32,000 nt of DNA, taken from Microbacterium phage Quartz. Below are positions 16,900-24,572 of this stretch, piece by piece; position 1 is the first letter of the stretch; each line of letters opens with the position of its first letter. A model generated the notes under the pieces. The model ran no database searches, was not told the DNA's origin, and was given only the letters and a program-made list of their open reading frames with translations. The stretch is from the sequence record ON970571.1; one strand, written 5' to 3'. Both the position numbers and the translations under genes were made by a program.

Positions 16900-17036
16900 G
16901 CTGCCTTGCCTCCCTCTTCGCGTGCCCGGTGGTTCCACCGAATGCTGAGCGGGCCGACCTCCGGTGCCAGCGTGACGACGCACGCCTGGCCGGGGGCTGC
17001 ACCACAGTACGAGCATTCGAACATGAGTGCTCTCAT
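16896..17036 (-). CDS. Small Cys-containing protein (46 aa)
   Basis: MRALMFECSYCGAAPGQACVVTLAPEVGPLSIRWNHRAREEGGKAA*; ATGA coupling with neighbours on both sides. Confidence 0.65.
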   Translation of the reverse strand: MRALMFECSYCGAAPGQACVVTLAPEVGPLSIRWNHRAREEGGKAA

Positions 17037-18211
17037 TTCTTGCCCTTCGCTTTCTTCTGATTGGGGTAGTAGTCCAGGGGGTCCCTGGTGGTGACGTACC
17101 TGGTGCGCTGCTCGATCTCGCTGGTGCCGTGCATCAGGTCTGCGACCGTGAGGTCCTTGTAGTTGCACTTGAAGCTCGAGCACGCATACAGGTTACGTTC
17201 CACGCAGTCGGGGTCATCCCACTTGTAGGTTAGCAGCCTGCGGGCCGAAGTGACAAACGACTTCCGCTGACGCTCGGCCTGCTCGGGGCTGAACACCAGC
17301 CGGTCACGGCGGAACTCGGTGCTGTAGTCCCGGTGCTGAAGCTCCACCAGGAACTCCTCCACGTAGACGCGCTCCTCGGCGTCTTCAATGGCGAGCAGGT
17401 CCTTGCCCCGGATGACAGTCATCATGCCGTTCTCGATGAGCCACTCACGGAACACAGGGTACGTCGTGCCGCTGGGCTTGAGCACGCGGCTGATCTTGCC
17501 CTTGGTGGTGAGCGTGGGGGTCTTGATGGCCCCGGTACGGCAGTAGTCGTAGATGAAGCCCTTGGGCTTGGGCAGGGGCTTGCCCTTGTACCGGAGCGCC
17601 TTGTACTCGGGAGCCGTCTCGCATGCCCAGAGGTAGGAATAGTGCTGGAAGGCCAGCTCACGATAGCGCCAGTCGGGAAGCTGCGCGTGCGTCTTGTGGT
17701 CGCCCAGCCACACATCGCCCTCGTCGTCGATCCAGATGATGTCGATGCGTCCCCGGTACAGCACCTTGCCACGGAACATCTCGCGCTCCACCGTCAGCTC
17801 CACGGCTACCGGCGTGAGCGTCTCGTGCAGCTTGGTCTCGTACAGCCAGTCATAGCTCAGGACGATGTTGTAGCACTCATCGGCCAGCCCAGCGACCTCC
17901 TCCTCGAAGTGCTCGGTCTCGGCCTTGTGCGTCAGCTCCTTGTGCAGCTTGCGCCAGTCGCCACCCTTGCCCCGCTCCTCCAGCAGCGCGTGGACCCAGG
18001 TGCCACGGGTGAGGGGCTTGGACTCGATGCGCGGCCGAAGCCCCAGGATGATGCCGTAGTAGGTCTCACGCGGGCACTCCACGAAGCTGCTGACCATGCT
18101 CTGGGTGATCACGAGCTTGCCGTCTTCGGTGGTGGGCCAGGTGCCCCGTGGCCCGTGCCACGCCTTGGACCCCGGCTTCTTGCCGGTGCTGGCCAGCTTC
18201 TTAGCGGCCAT
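17033..18211 (-). CDS. Cas4/RecB-like PD-(D/E)XK exonuclease with probable Fe-S cysteines (392 aa)
   Basis: SFVECPRETYY at the N-terminus, GRIDIIWIDDEGDVWLGDHKT nuclease core, CVERNLYACSSFKC at the C-terminus (four-Cys Cas4/AddB-like arrangement). Confidence 0.8.
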   Translation of the reverse strand: MAAKKLASTGKKPGSKAWHGPRGTWPTTEDGKLVITQSMVSSFVECPRETYYGIILGLRPRIESKPLTRGTWVHALLEERGKGGDWRKLHKELTHKAETEHFEEEVAGLADECYNIVLSYDWLYETKLHETLTPVAVELTVEREMFRGKVLYRGRIDIIWIDDEGDVWLGDHKTHAQLPDWRYRELAFQHYSYLWACETAPEYKALRYKGKPLPKPKGFIYDYCRTGAIKTPTLTTKGKISRVLKPSGTTYPVFREWLIENGMMTVIRGKDLLAIEDAEERVYVEEFLVELQHRDYSTEFRRDRLVFSPEQAERQRKSFVTSARRLLTYKWDDPDCVERNLYACSSFKCNYKDLTVADLMHGTSEIEQRTRYVTTRDPLDYYPNQKKAKGKK

Positions 18212-18354
18212 CAGCAGCCACCAGCCCAGAGGATGCCGAAGTAGGTGATGATGACCCCTCCGATGAAGCTGACGCCGATGGCGACCACGAACAAGCTGAA
18301 CAGCTTAGAACTCGGCAAGGGGTTCACCTCCCCAGCATCGCGAGATGGTGACAT
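18211..18354 (-). CDS. Small membrane protein (~47 aa)
   Basis: MSPSRDAGEVNPLPSSKLFSLFVVAIGVSFIGGVIITYFGILWAGGC; the exact start is uncertain. Confidence 0.45.
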   Translation of the reverse strand: MSPSRDAGEVNPLPSSKLFSLFVVAIGVSFIGGVIITYFGILWAGGC

Positions 18355-20206
18355 CTGCCTTGAGGAAGAACTTTCGTGTGAGTGAGTCATCAGCCTGCTC
18401 CATTGTCTCCTTGACGATACGGCCAACCCTGCGAGCTGTCTTATATGGGGCTGTAAGGCAGACCGAGTCGTGAACCGTGGTGATAAGCTTAGCGCCTAGC
18501 TCCCGCAAGCGCAAGTCCCGACTTATTCGGGCCAGGCTGATAAGCATGAAGTCGCTGCCCGTGGACTGCACCGGGGAGTTGATGGCCTGCCGGAAGGCGT
18601 TCTCCTGGATCCAGTAGTCCTCGTGGTAGACGCGGGGCAGGTGCCTGAAGCGGCCGAACTCGTTGTGGACCCCGCCATACTCGATGGCCTCCTGGCGCTG
18701 CTTCCTGTACCACGGCTCCAGCGCTGCGAAGTTGGTAAAGTACTCCTCGCGGAAGATCTCGCTGTCCTTGGGGTTGATGGTGACCCCGTAGTTCTCGTAG
18801 ACGTAGTTCGCGAAGTGCTTAGCGCGCATGCCGTAGACGAACCCGAAGTTGACACCCTTGGCCAAGCTGCGGTCTTCCTTGCGCATCTCCCGGCCCCGGA
18901 TGAGCCGCTTCGCCATGTAGGTATGGATGTCCTCGTCAGCCTCGAACAGCTCAATCATGGTCGGCTCGTTGGCCAGCCGCGCGATCACGCGAAGCTCCAG
19001 CTGACTGAAGTCCGCCTCAATCCAGGCCAAGCCCCGTTCGCCGAACAGGTTACGTGTGGCCCGGTCACGAGGGATCTGCTGACTGTTCAGGCCAGGGTTC
19101 TTCCATGGGTCGCTGGCGTCCGCCTTCTTCTCGACCTTGGTAGGGCTGGCGCTGCTCAGCCTGCCCGTAACCGTGCCCGTCAGCTTGAAGCTGGTGGGTA
19201 TCCGGCCGTCCCGCGTGCGCTCCATGATAGGGTTCAGGAAGCCGGTCAGGTTCTTGTACAGCGTGCCCCGCTGCGTCAGCAGGCGTGCAGCCGGATGGTC
19301 GATCTTGGCCAGGTTCTCCGCTGCCAGGCTGGGCACACCTTCCGGGAAGGTCTTGCTCGGCTTGCCCCGCGCCGGACACATAGCGCCCTGGTACTCGAAG
19401 AGCCACCACTTAGTCCAGTTGGTGTTGCCCCACTTGGGCGTCGTCTTCTGCAGCCAGTCGGGCCATCGGTCCTTGTCCGGGATGCTGGCATCCAGCTTCT
19501 GCTCAATGGCGGCGATCTCCTGCTCCACCTTGTCCTGAGTCTTCTTGACCAGCCCAAGGCGAACGGGCAGCTTGTTGTCTTCCATCTCAGTGAGCGGCTG
19601 GATGGCCGGGATCATGATGTCCCGCATGACCCGCACAGGGTCAGCGCCGGAACCCGGCTTGATGCGCTTGATGGCACGGCGCTGCCACTTGACCAGCTCG
19701 CGAGTGTAGTGAACGTCCTTGCCGTTGTAGATGCTGACGCGCTTCTTGCTCTTGGCGAGCACCTTCTTGGGGATGGTCGGGTCGTCCTCGAAGCGACCGA
19801 ACTCGTCGGCGTAGCCTGCCACGTTGTCGTCTGCCCAGTCCGGGTAGTGCAGCAGTCGCACGACCAGGTCCTTGAGGCCGACAGGGTGGTTCTCGTCAAG
19901 CTGGTGGGCCATGAACATGGAGTCCCACCAGATGTTGACCCGCATGCCGTAGCTGCACATCCACCGGCGCTCGAAGGGCGAGTTGTGTGCGATCATGCGG
20001 CGGATGCGCACCTTGCGCAACTCCCGGAGGTCGCGGGGCCACCAGACGAGCACGTCGTCCCGGTCCATGTGGCCGAAGCCCACGCACAGGATACGGCCCT
20101 TGCCGACTGTCAGCGACGTGGTCTCGATGTCTACGACGACAGGTGCGCCGGACTGGTCGAGGAACGCCTGGACTTCGGCCAGGTCGTCACTGATGATGAG
20201 CTGCAT
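18305..20206 (-). CDS. polA: Family A DNA polymerase with 3'-5' exonuclease (633 aa)
   Basis: VVVDIETTSL (ExoI), DFSQLELRVIARLA (motif A), RSLAKGVNFGFVYG (O helix), TTVHDS (motif C). Confidence 0.95.
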   Translation of the reverse strand: MQLIISDDLAEVQAFLDQSGAPVVVDIETTSLTVGKGRILCVGFGHMDRDDVLVWWPRDLRELRKVRIRRMIAHNSPFERRWMCSYGMRVNIWWDSMFMAHQLDENHPVGLKDLVVRLLHYPDWADDNVAGYADEFGRFEDDPTIPKKVLAKSKKRVSIYNGKDVHYTRELVKWQRRAIKRIKPGSGADPVRVMRDIMIPAIQPLTEMEDNKLPVRLGLVKKTQDKVEQEIAAIEQKLDASIPDKDRWPDWLQKTTPKWGNTNWTKWWLFEYQGAMCPARGKPSKTFPEGVPSLAAENLAKIDHPAARLLTQRGTLYKNLTGFLNPIMERTRDGRIPTSFKLTGTVTGRLSSASPTKVEKKADASDPWKNPGLNSQQIPRDRATRNLFGERGLAWIEADFSQLELRVIARLANEPTMIELFEADEDIHTYMAKRLIRGREMRKEDRSLAKGVNFGFVYGMRAKHFANYVYENYGVTINPKDSEIFREEYFTNFAALEPWYRKQRQEAIEYGGVHNEFGRFRHLPRVYHEDYWIQENAFRQAINSPVQSTGSDFMLISLARISRDLRLRELGAKLITTVHDSVCLTAPYKTARRVGRIVKETMEQADDSLTRKFFLKADVTISRCWGGEPLAEF

Positions 20207-20219
20207 GGTGGACTCCTAA

Positions 20220-20238
20220 GTTGAAGGAGTCGTTCAAC
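20220..20238. repeat. Inverted repeat upstream of the polymerase start
   Basis: GTTGAA-ggagtcg-TTCAAC, perfect 6-bp arms, ~14 nt 5' of the polA ATG. Confidence 0.6.
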
Positions 20239-20285
20239 GGAGACTAATCCGCCTGGTGGAAGCTTTACCTTCACTACCCAAGAAG

Positions 20286-20364
20286 TGGACCGCTCAGGAC
20301 TCGAACCTGAACCTGGAGTGCGCAATGCTTTTGCTCCAGCCGCTGCCTGTTGGGGTAGCGGTCC
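20286..20364 (-). ncRNA. tRNA-like element with abnormal anticodon arm
   Basis: GGACCGC acceptor pairs with GCGGTCC (7 bp) + A. T-arm TCAGG-TTCGAGT-CCTGA; D-arm CCCC-AACAGGCA-GCGG. TGGAG/CTCCA anticodon stem encloses 15 nt (CAAAAGCATTGCGCA). No encoded CCA. Confidence 0.65.
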
Positions 20365-20370
20365 AAGGGG

Positions 20371-20403
20371 GACCCCCGGTGCCGAGGGGTAGCACCGGGG
20401 GTC
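20371..20403 (-). terminator. Terminator-like hairpin between the 134-aa gene and the tRNA-like element
   Basis: Perfect 12-bp stem GACCCCCGGTGC / GCACCGGGGGTC with a 9-nt loop; no U tract. Confidence 0.7.
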
Positions 20404-20410
20404 GTTGGGG

Positions 20411-20815
20411 TCAGCGCGTCGGGCGCTTGCGGGCTGCGGGCTTGGCAGCGGCCTTCGCCGGAGCCTTGGCCGGAGCCTTCTTCGCTGCGGTCTTCGCCGG
20501 AGCCTTGGTGGCCTTCGCGGGCTTGGCCGGTGCCTCGTCCTTGGCGACGCGCTCCAGCTCCCAGCCGGAGGGCAGGTCACCAGCGTTGGCGATGGCCTCG
20601 TCGACCAGCTCGTCGAAGGTGCCCTCCTCGATGGCGTTGACGAACGCCTGGTAGGCGATGGCTCGCATCACCTTGTAGCGGGCGTGCTGGACGTCGAGAC
20701 CCGCGCCGTCGAGGAAGCGGCTGATGCCCTCGTTGATGATCTGCTTCGGCGTCTGCTCGCCCTCGACCTCGTCGACGGTCTCTTCCAGAACGGCTGCCTT
20801 GGTGGAACGTGCCAT
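20411..20815 (-). CDS. Hypothetical DNA-binding-type protein with H1/HupB-like Lys/Ala/Pro tail (134 aa)
   Basis: C-terminal PAKPAKATKAPAKTAAKKAPAKAPAKAAAKPAARKRPTR; SD AAGGAG. Confidence 0.75.
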   Translation of the reverse strand: MARSTKAAVLEETVDEVEGEQTPKQIINEGISRFLDGAGLDVQHARYKVMRAIAYQAFVNAIEEGTFDELVDEAIANAGDLPSGWELERVAKDEAPAKPAKATKAPAKTAAKKAPAKAPAKAAAKPAARKRPTR

Positions 20816-20878
20816 GATGCTCTCCTTGATGAGTTACTGCGGGTGGATTGTGGTGGGCTGTGTTGCCCTGGTAGAACC

Positions 20879-20907
20879 AGTATGCACGCCATCGGGAGGG
20901 AATGCAA
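20879..20907 (-). promoter_or_regulatory. Putative promoter P9: TTGCAT-N17-CATACT
   Basis: Minus strand TTGCATTCCCTCCCGATGGCGTGCATACT upstream of the 134-aa gene. Confidence 0.55.
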
Positions 20908-20910
20908 GTC

Positions 20911-22323
20911 CTAGGAGAAACTTTTTTGGCGGATCCTCTTCACGACCTTCTGGAGATGGTTATGGTCGTCTTGCAGGGTGGTCCACACGTCCTCATCCAC
21001 AGTGCCACGGCCACACAAGAACCAGACCGTCGGGCTGGCCGGGGACAGCTTGATGCGGTCGCTGGCTTGCTTGAACGTGACGTAGTTGAAATCGCTGGTA
21101 TACCAGATGAGATCCTGCGCCACCGAGATGTCCACGGCCATCGCCACGGTCCGGGGCTGCACCAGCAGCACGCGGGCATCCGGGTCCGTCTGGAAGCGCT
21201 CGATGACCCGGTCCTTGTCTGGTGTGGCCCCCGTGATCACCAAGTGCCCGATGCCCTTGAGCCGCATGTACCGGCGCACCAGCTTGATCTCCCAGAGATG
21301 CGTACAGGCGATGATGGTCTTGCCCTTGCAGCGACGGAGCACCCTGCCCAGTGCTGCCAGCCGTGCCCGTGCTGCTGCTGGCACCGTGAACGAGTCGCCC
21401 TCGTCGTCCTTGAGCCAGCCACCGACTAGCATGCGCATCCGGAGCAGGCGCGTCAGCGGGTTCAGGCCGATGGCTACCCGCGTGTCGTCCCGCTCCATCT
21501 TGGGGTCATGGACGTACTGCCTGTCCTTGAACGAGGCGACGCCCTTCTTGAGCAGCCACTTGTGAGCCTCGAGCACGTCGCTGGGCACGGTGTAGCGCAC
21601 GCGGCGCACCGGCACCGGCTGTCCAGGGCCAACCATAGTCACGACGTTCGGCTGGATGTAGGCGTTCAGCTCGGCCTGTCTGCGCGGGCGCACCAGCTCG
21701 GGGAAGCCCTTGACGGTAGACCACTCGCCGAAGTACTCCCGGAAGTCCCGTGCGGTCTCCCAGCGATTGCGGATGGCCGGGTCCAGGAACGTCCACTGGC
21801 CGTAGACGGCGTCAATCTGGCTGGGGTTGGTAACCGGCGTGCCGGTCATCAGGAGACGGTACTTCCACTTGTGGGCCAGCGGCCGGATGTTGCGCCCTTG
21901 CACGCTGCTGGGCGTCTTGATGATGTGGGACTCGTCCAGCAGCATCATACCCTCGTTGCTGCACAGCTTGGCCATCTTGTCCAAGAAGGGCTTCAGCCGC
22001 TTCCATGGTGCCTTGTTGAACTGGTCATAGTTCACGAACAGCAGCGTCGTACCCCGGAACATGGCCGGGGACGGGTACTCGTTGCCTGCCGTCAGGGGGA
22101 AGAACCTGTAGGTGATGCCAAGCCACTTCGCCGCTTCGGTGCGCCAGGTGGCCTCAGCGATCTTCGGCCCCACGATCACGGCGACCTGAGGCTTGTGGTG
22201 CTCGATCCACTTGAGGGCGACGGCAGTCTTGCCCGAGCGCGGCTCTGCCCACAAGGCAGCGAAGGTGCGACCAGGTTCGGTCAGCACCTTCAAGGCTACC
22301 CGCTGCGACTCGCGTAGCTGCAT
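20911..22323 (-). CDS. SNF2/DEAD-like SF2 helicase (470 aa)
   Basis: Walker A AEPRSGKTAVA, DESH box LLDESHIIK, LLMTGTPVTN, C-terminal helicase motifs LLVQPRTVAMAVDISVA and QASDRIKL. Confidence 0.85.
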   Translation of the reverse strand: MQLRESQRVALKVLTEPGRTFAALWAEPRSGKTAVALKWIEHHKPQVAVIVGPKIAEATWRTEAAKWLGITYRFFPLTAGNEYPSPAMFRGTTLLFVNYDQFNKAPWKRLKPFLDKMAKLCSNEGMMLLDESHIIKTPSSVQGRNIRPLAHKWKYRLLMTGTPVTNPSQIDAVYGQWTFLDPAIRNRWETARDFREYFGEWSTVKGFPELVRPRRQAELNAYIQPNVVTMVGPGQPVPVRRVRYTVPSDVLEAHKWLLKKGVASFKDRQYVHDPKMERDDTRVAIGLNPLTRLLRMRMLVGGWLKDDEGDSFTVPAAARARLAALGRVLRRCKGKTIIACTHLWEIKLVRRYMRLKGIGHLVITGATPDKDRVIERFQTDPDARVLLVQPRTVAMAVDISVAQDLIWYTSDFNYVTFKQASDRIKLSPASPTVWFLCGRGTVDEDVWTTLQDDHNHLQKVVKRIRQKSFS

Positions 22324-22484
22324 CACACACGCCCCGTCGCGTGCCAGATGAGCACCGTGCGGATGTCCACCTGGTACAGCCTGGCCAGTGCAGCCATGTA
22401 GTTCCGGTTGATCTGGATCAGCTGGCGCTCCAGGGACGCCCTGAGCGCGGGGCTTACGGTGGCCAGCACCTTGTCCGGGTCCAT
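22323..22484 (-). CDS. Small hypothetical protein (53 aa), absent from ORF track
   Basis: MDPDKVLATVSPALRASLERQLIQINRNYMAALARLYQVDIRTVLIWHATGRV*; SD GAAGGAG; TGATG overlap with the helicase start. Confidence 0.7.
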   Translation of the reverse strand: MDPDKVLATVSPALRASLERQLIQINRNYMAALARLYQVDIRTVLIWHATGRV

Positions 22485-22759
22485 CAGATCTCCTTCAGTT
22501 TCAGGGTAGCCACCACGCGGAACGAGATGGTGTTTCGTATGTAGTCGTCGCTGCTCTGCTGCTCAAACTCCCAGCAGTAGCCAGCAGGGGGATCGGGGAG
22601 CAGCCGCTCCAGCCGTGCGCGCTCCGCTGCCAGCTTGTCCGCGATGCCCTGGAAGACCCCGTTGGTGTGGCCGAACAGGTCTTCCTCGGTGACCACCAGG
22701 GTCTCGGACTTCTTGCTGAACGGGTACTTCACGAACGGAAGTGGCTGCTCCCCGAACAT
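22484..22759 (-). CDS. Hypothetical protein (91 aa)
   Basis: Compact operon organisation with 1-nt overlap. Confidence 0.7.
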   Translation of the reverse strand: MFGEQPLPFVKYPFSKKSETLVVTEEDLFGHTNGVFQGIADKLAAERARLERLLPDPPAGYCWEFEQQSSDDYIRNTISFRVVATLKLKEI

Positions 22760-22761
22760 GA

Positions 22762-23193
22762 TTACGCCTTGGCCAGATCCTGGTCGGCCACACCATGCGC
22801 CAGCAGCGCGCGGATGTTGGGACGGAAGTAGTTCGGCCCCTTCTTGACCCGGCCCTCGAAGATGCCGTCGGGGTCGTTCGGGCCAGCGATGATGGGCTTG
22901 CCGTCCTCCCCGAACTTGGACATGTTGCTGCGGTGGACCTCGTCGAAGAGCACTTCAGCATCGATGCCCATGACCACCAGCCCGCCGAACGCCACGTACA
23001 GGATGTCGATCAGGGCGTCCGCCTGCTCCACCATGTCGTCGGTCTGCAGGGCCACCAGGAACTCCTCCAGCTCCTCCCGGATCAGCTCGTGGCGGACTGC
23101 CTTCTGGTCCTCGGGGACTGCCCGTGCCCGGTGCCCCACGGGAAGCTCCATGGCGCGCTGGAACTCCAGGACCTGCTGCTGCATCTTGTTCAT
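22762..23193 (-). CDS. MazG-like / phosphoribosyl-ATP pyrophosphohydrolase-fold NTP pyrophosphatase (143 aa)
   Basis: REELEEFLVAL...DDMVEQADALIDILYVAFGGLVVMGID matches the all-alpha ExxE...ExxD NTP pyrophosphatase pattern. Confidence 0.85.
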   Translation of the reverse strand: MNKMQQQVLEFQRAMELPVGHRARAVPEDQKAVRHELIREELEEFLVALQTDDMVEQADALIDILYVAFGGLVVMGIDAEVLFDEVHRSNMSKFGEDGKPIIAGPNDPDGIFEGRVKKGPNYFRPNIRALLAHGVADQDLAKA

Positions 23194-23786
23194 CGGTTCT
23201 TCTTTCTGTCGGCGCGTACTACGCGGCGTTCTTTTTCAAACACTTCGGTCAGGTGGTCCACTTCGTCCCAGTTGACCAGGGTCACGTCCTCGGCGTCTTC
23301 CACCGAGAACGGGTTGAGCACTACCTGGATCGCTTCGGCGAACCCGCGTGCCTCGTTGGTTAGCGCCTCCTTGTCCTTCGGGCTGCGGCTCTTGTCGGCC
23401 GTCTCCATCAGCTCGTCGTAGGCGTTCATGAGCTTGCGCACCAGGTGCGCGCCCACGGTGTCCCCAGCCTTCAGCACGGAATTGAAGCGCACACGCTTGT
23501 CGGGTATGTGCTTGAACGCGCTGGTGGTCAGGAACCTGGCGATCTGCTCGCTGGTCTCCTGGCCTGCATCCAGCGCGGCCTCAATGCCGTCGGCGATGAC
23601 ATCCACCGTCGTGACCTTGCCCACGCGCATCTTCTCGCGGTCGTCGATCACGGCGAACAGGATGCCCCTGCCGCTGAACGCCTTGGCCTCCTTGTGACAG
23701 TCGCAGTCGCAATGACGCCCGCTGCACATGGCGTGGGAACCGGGGGACTCGAACGTGCAGAACCCTGAATTCTTCATCCCAGGCAT
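23190..23786 (-). CDS. Hypothetical Cys/His-rich protein (198 aa)
   Basis: MPGMKNSGFCTFESPGSHAMCSGRHCDCDCHKEAKAF...; strong SD GAAGGAGG before ATG 23786. The frame stays open upstream to 23969. Confidence 0.65.
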   Translation of the reverse strand: MPGMKNSGFCTFESPGSHAMCSGRHCDCDCHKEAKAFSGRGILFAVIDDREKMRVGKVTTVDVIADGIEAALDAGQETSEQIARFLTTSAFKHIPDKRVRFNSVLKAGDTVGAHLVRKLMNAYDELMETADKSRSPKDKEALTNEARGFAEAIQVVLNPFSVEDAEDVTLVNWDEVDHLTEVFEKERRVVRADRKKNR

Positions 23787-23946
23787 GGTTGCCTCCTTCG
23801 TGGTTTGCAGGATGAGGCCTTCATCCCAATACCGATCCAGCTCACGCGCGGCCTCCTTGCGTGTGGCCTTGGGGTACGGTCGCTTGGACCGCTGGAGAAG
23901 CACCCCCACTTTGAACAGGTGGTCGCTGTGGGGGTGCTGGCTGGCC

Positions 23947-24549
23947 TTAGCCGATGTGCTGGTCGGCATAGCGGAGCAGCTCCAGCAGCGACTCGTCGTC
24001 GTGGACGAGCTTCTCGTACTGCGTACCCCACGGGAACCCCGGCGCGCTGAAGACGACGAGCCGCTGGGTGAACTCGCCCGTCTCCTGATTGTGGTGTACC
24101 TCCATGACCGAGATGGTCTTGAACAGGTTGAAGTCGCGCATCTGGTTCATGGCGGCGAGCCAGTCCGTGAAGTGGTAGTACGTCTGAGTGACCGTGTCCA
24201 GGTTCCCGGACTGGTAGCCCTCACCGACGGCCTCGACCTTGGCTGCAAGCTGGCCCTCGCCGGTCAGCCGGTGGGTCTTGAGGACCAGGTGGGTGTCCGG
24301 CATGGCGAAGACCGTGCGCACGCGGTCGTCGTTCCACTCGAACCCCGGCAGGCTGAGCCGGTAGACCATGTGCGTCAGCCAGTCAATCCGGTCGAAGGTG
24401 ATGACCGCGTCGGGGAACTCAGCGACGTCGGCCTGGGCCTGCGCGTAGTTCTCCCGGGTCGCGTTGTAGATCGTCCCTGCCGACCAGGCCAGGTTCTGGG
24501 CTGACGTGCTCTTGCCGGTCTCGTCCGGTCCTTCGAATGCGATAAGCAT
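23947..24549 (-). CDS. P-loop nucleoside/nucleotide kinase (thymidylate kinase-like; 200 aa)
   Basis: MLIAFEGPDETGKSTSAQNLAW...; SD AAGGAG before ATG 24549. Confidence 0.75.
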   Translation of the reverse strand: MLIAFEGPDETGKSTSAQNLAWSAGTIYNATRENYAQAQADVAEFPDAVITFDRIDWLTHMVYRLSLPGFEWNDDRVRTVFAMPDTHLVLKTHRLTGEGQLAAKVEAVGEGYQSGNLDTVTQTYYHFTDWLAAMNQMRDFNLFKTISVMEVHHNQETGEFTQRLVVFSAPGFPWGTQYEKLVHDDESLLELLRYADQHIG

Positions 24550-24572
24550 GTGCTCTCCTTGATTGTGTTGGG

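Noticed and set aside
16099-17094. 331-aa plus-strand ORF
   Set aside because: Antisense to the Sak4-like ATPase, no SD, spans several leftward gene junctions.
18623-20224. 533-aa plus-strand ORF
   Set aside because: Antisense to the clearly identified family A DNA polymerase.
20286-20364. Ordinary tRNA call for the tRNA-like element
   Set aside because: The anticodon stem closes on a 15-nt loop with no U33-anticodon-R37 arrangement that leaves a proper 5-bp stem, so no amino acid can be assigned.
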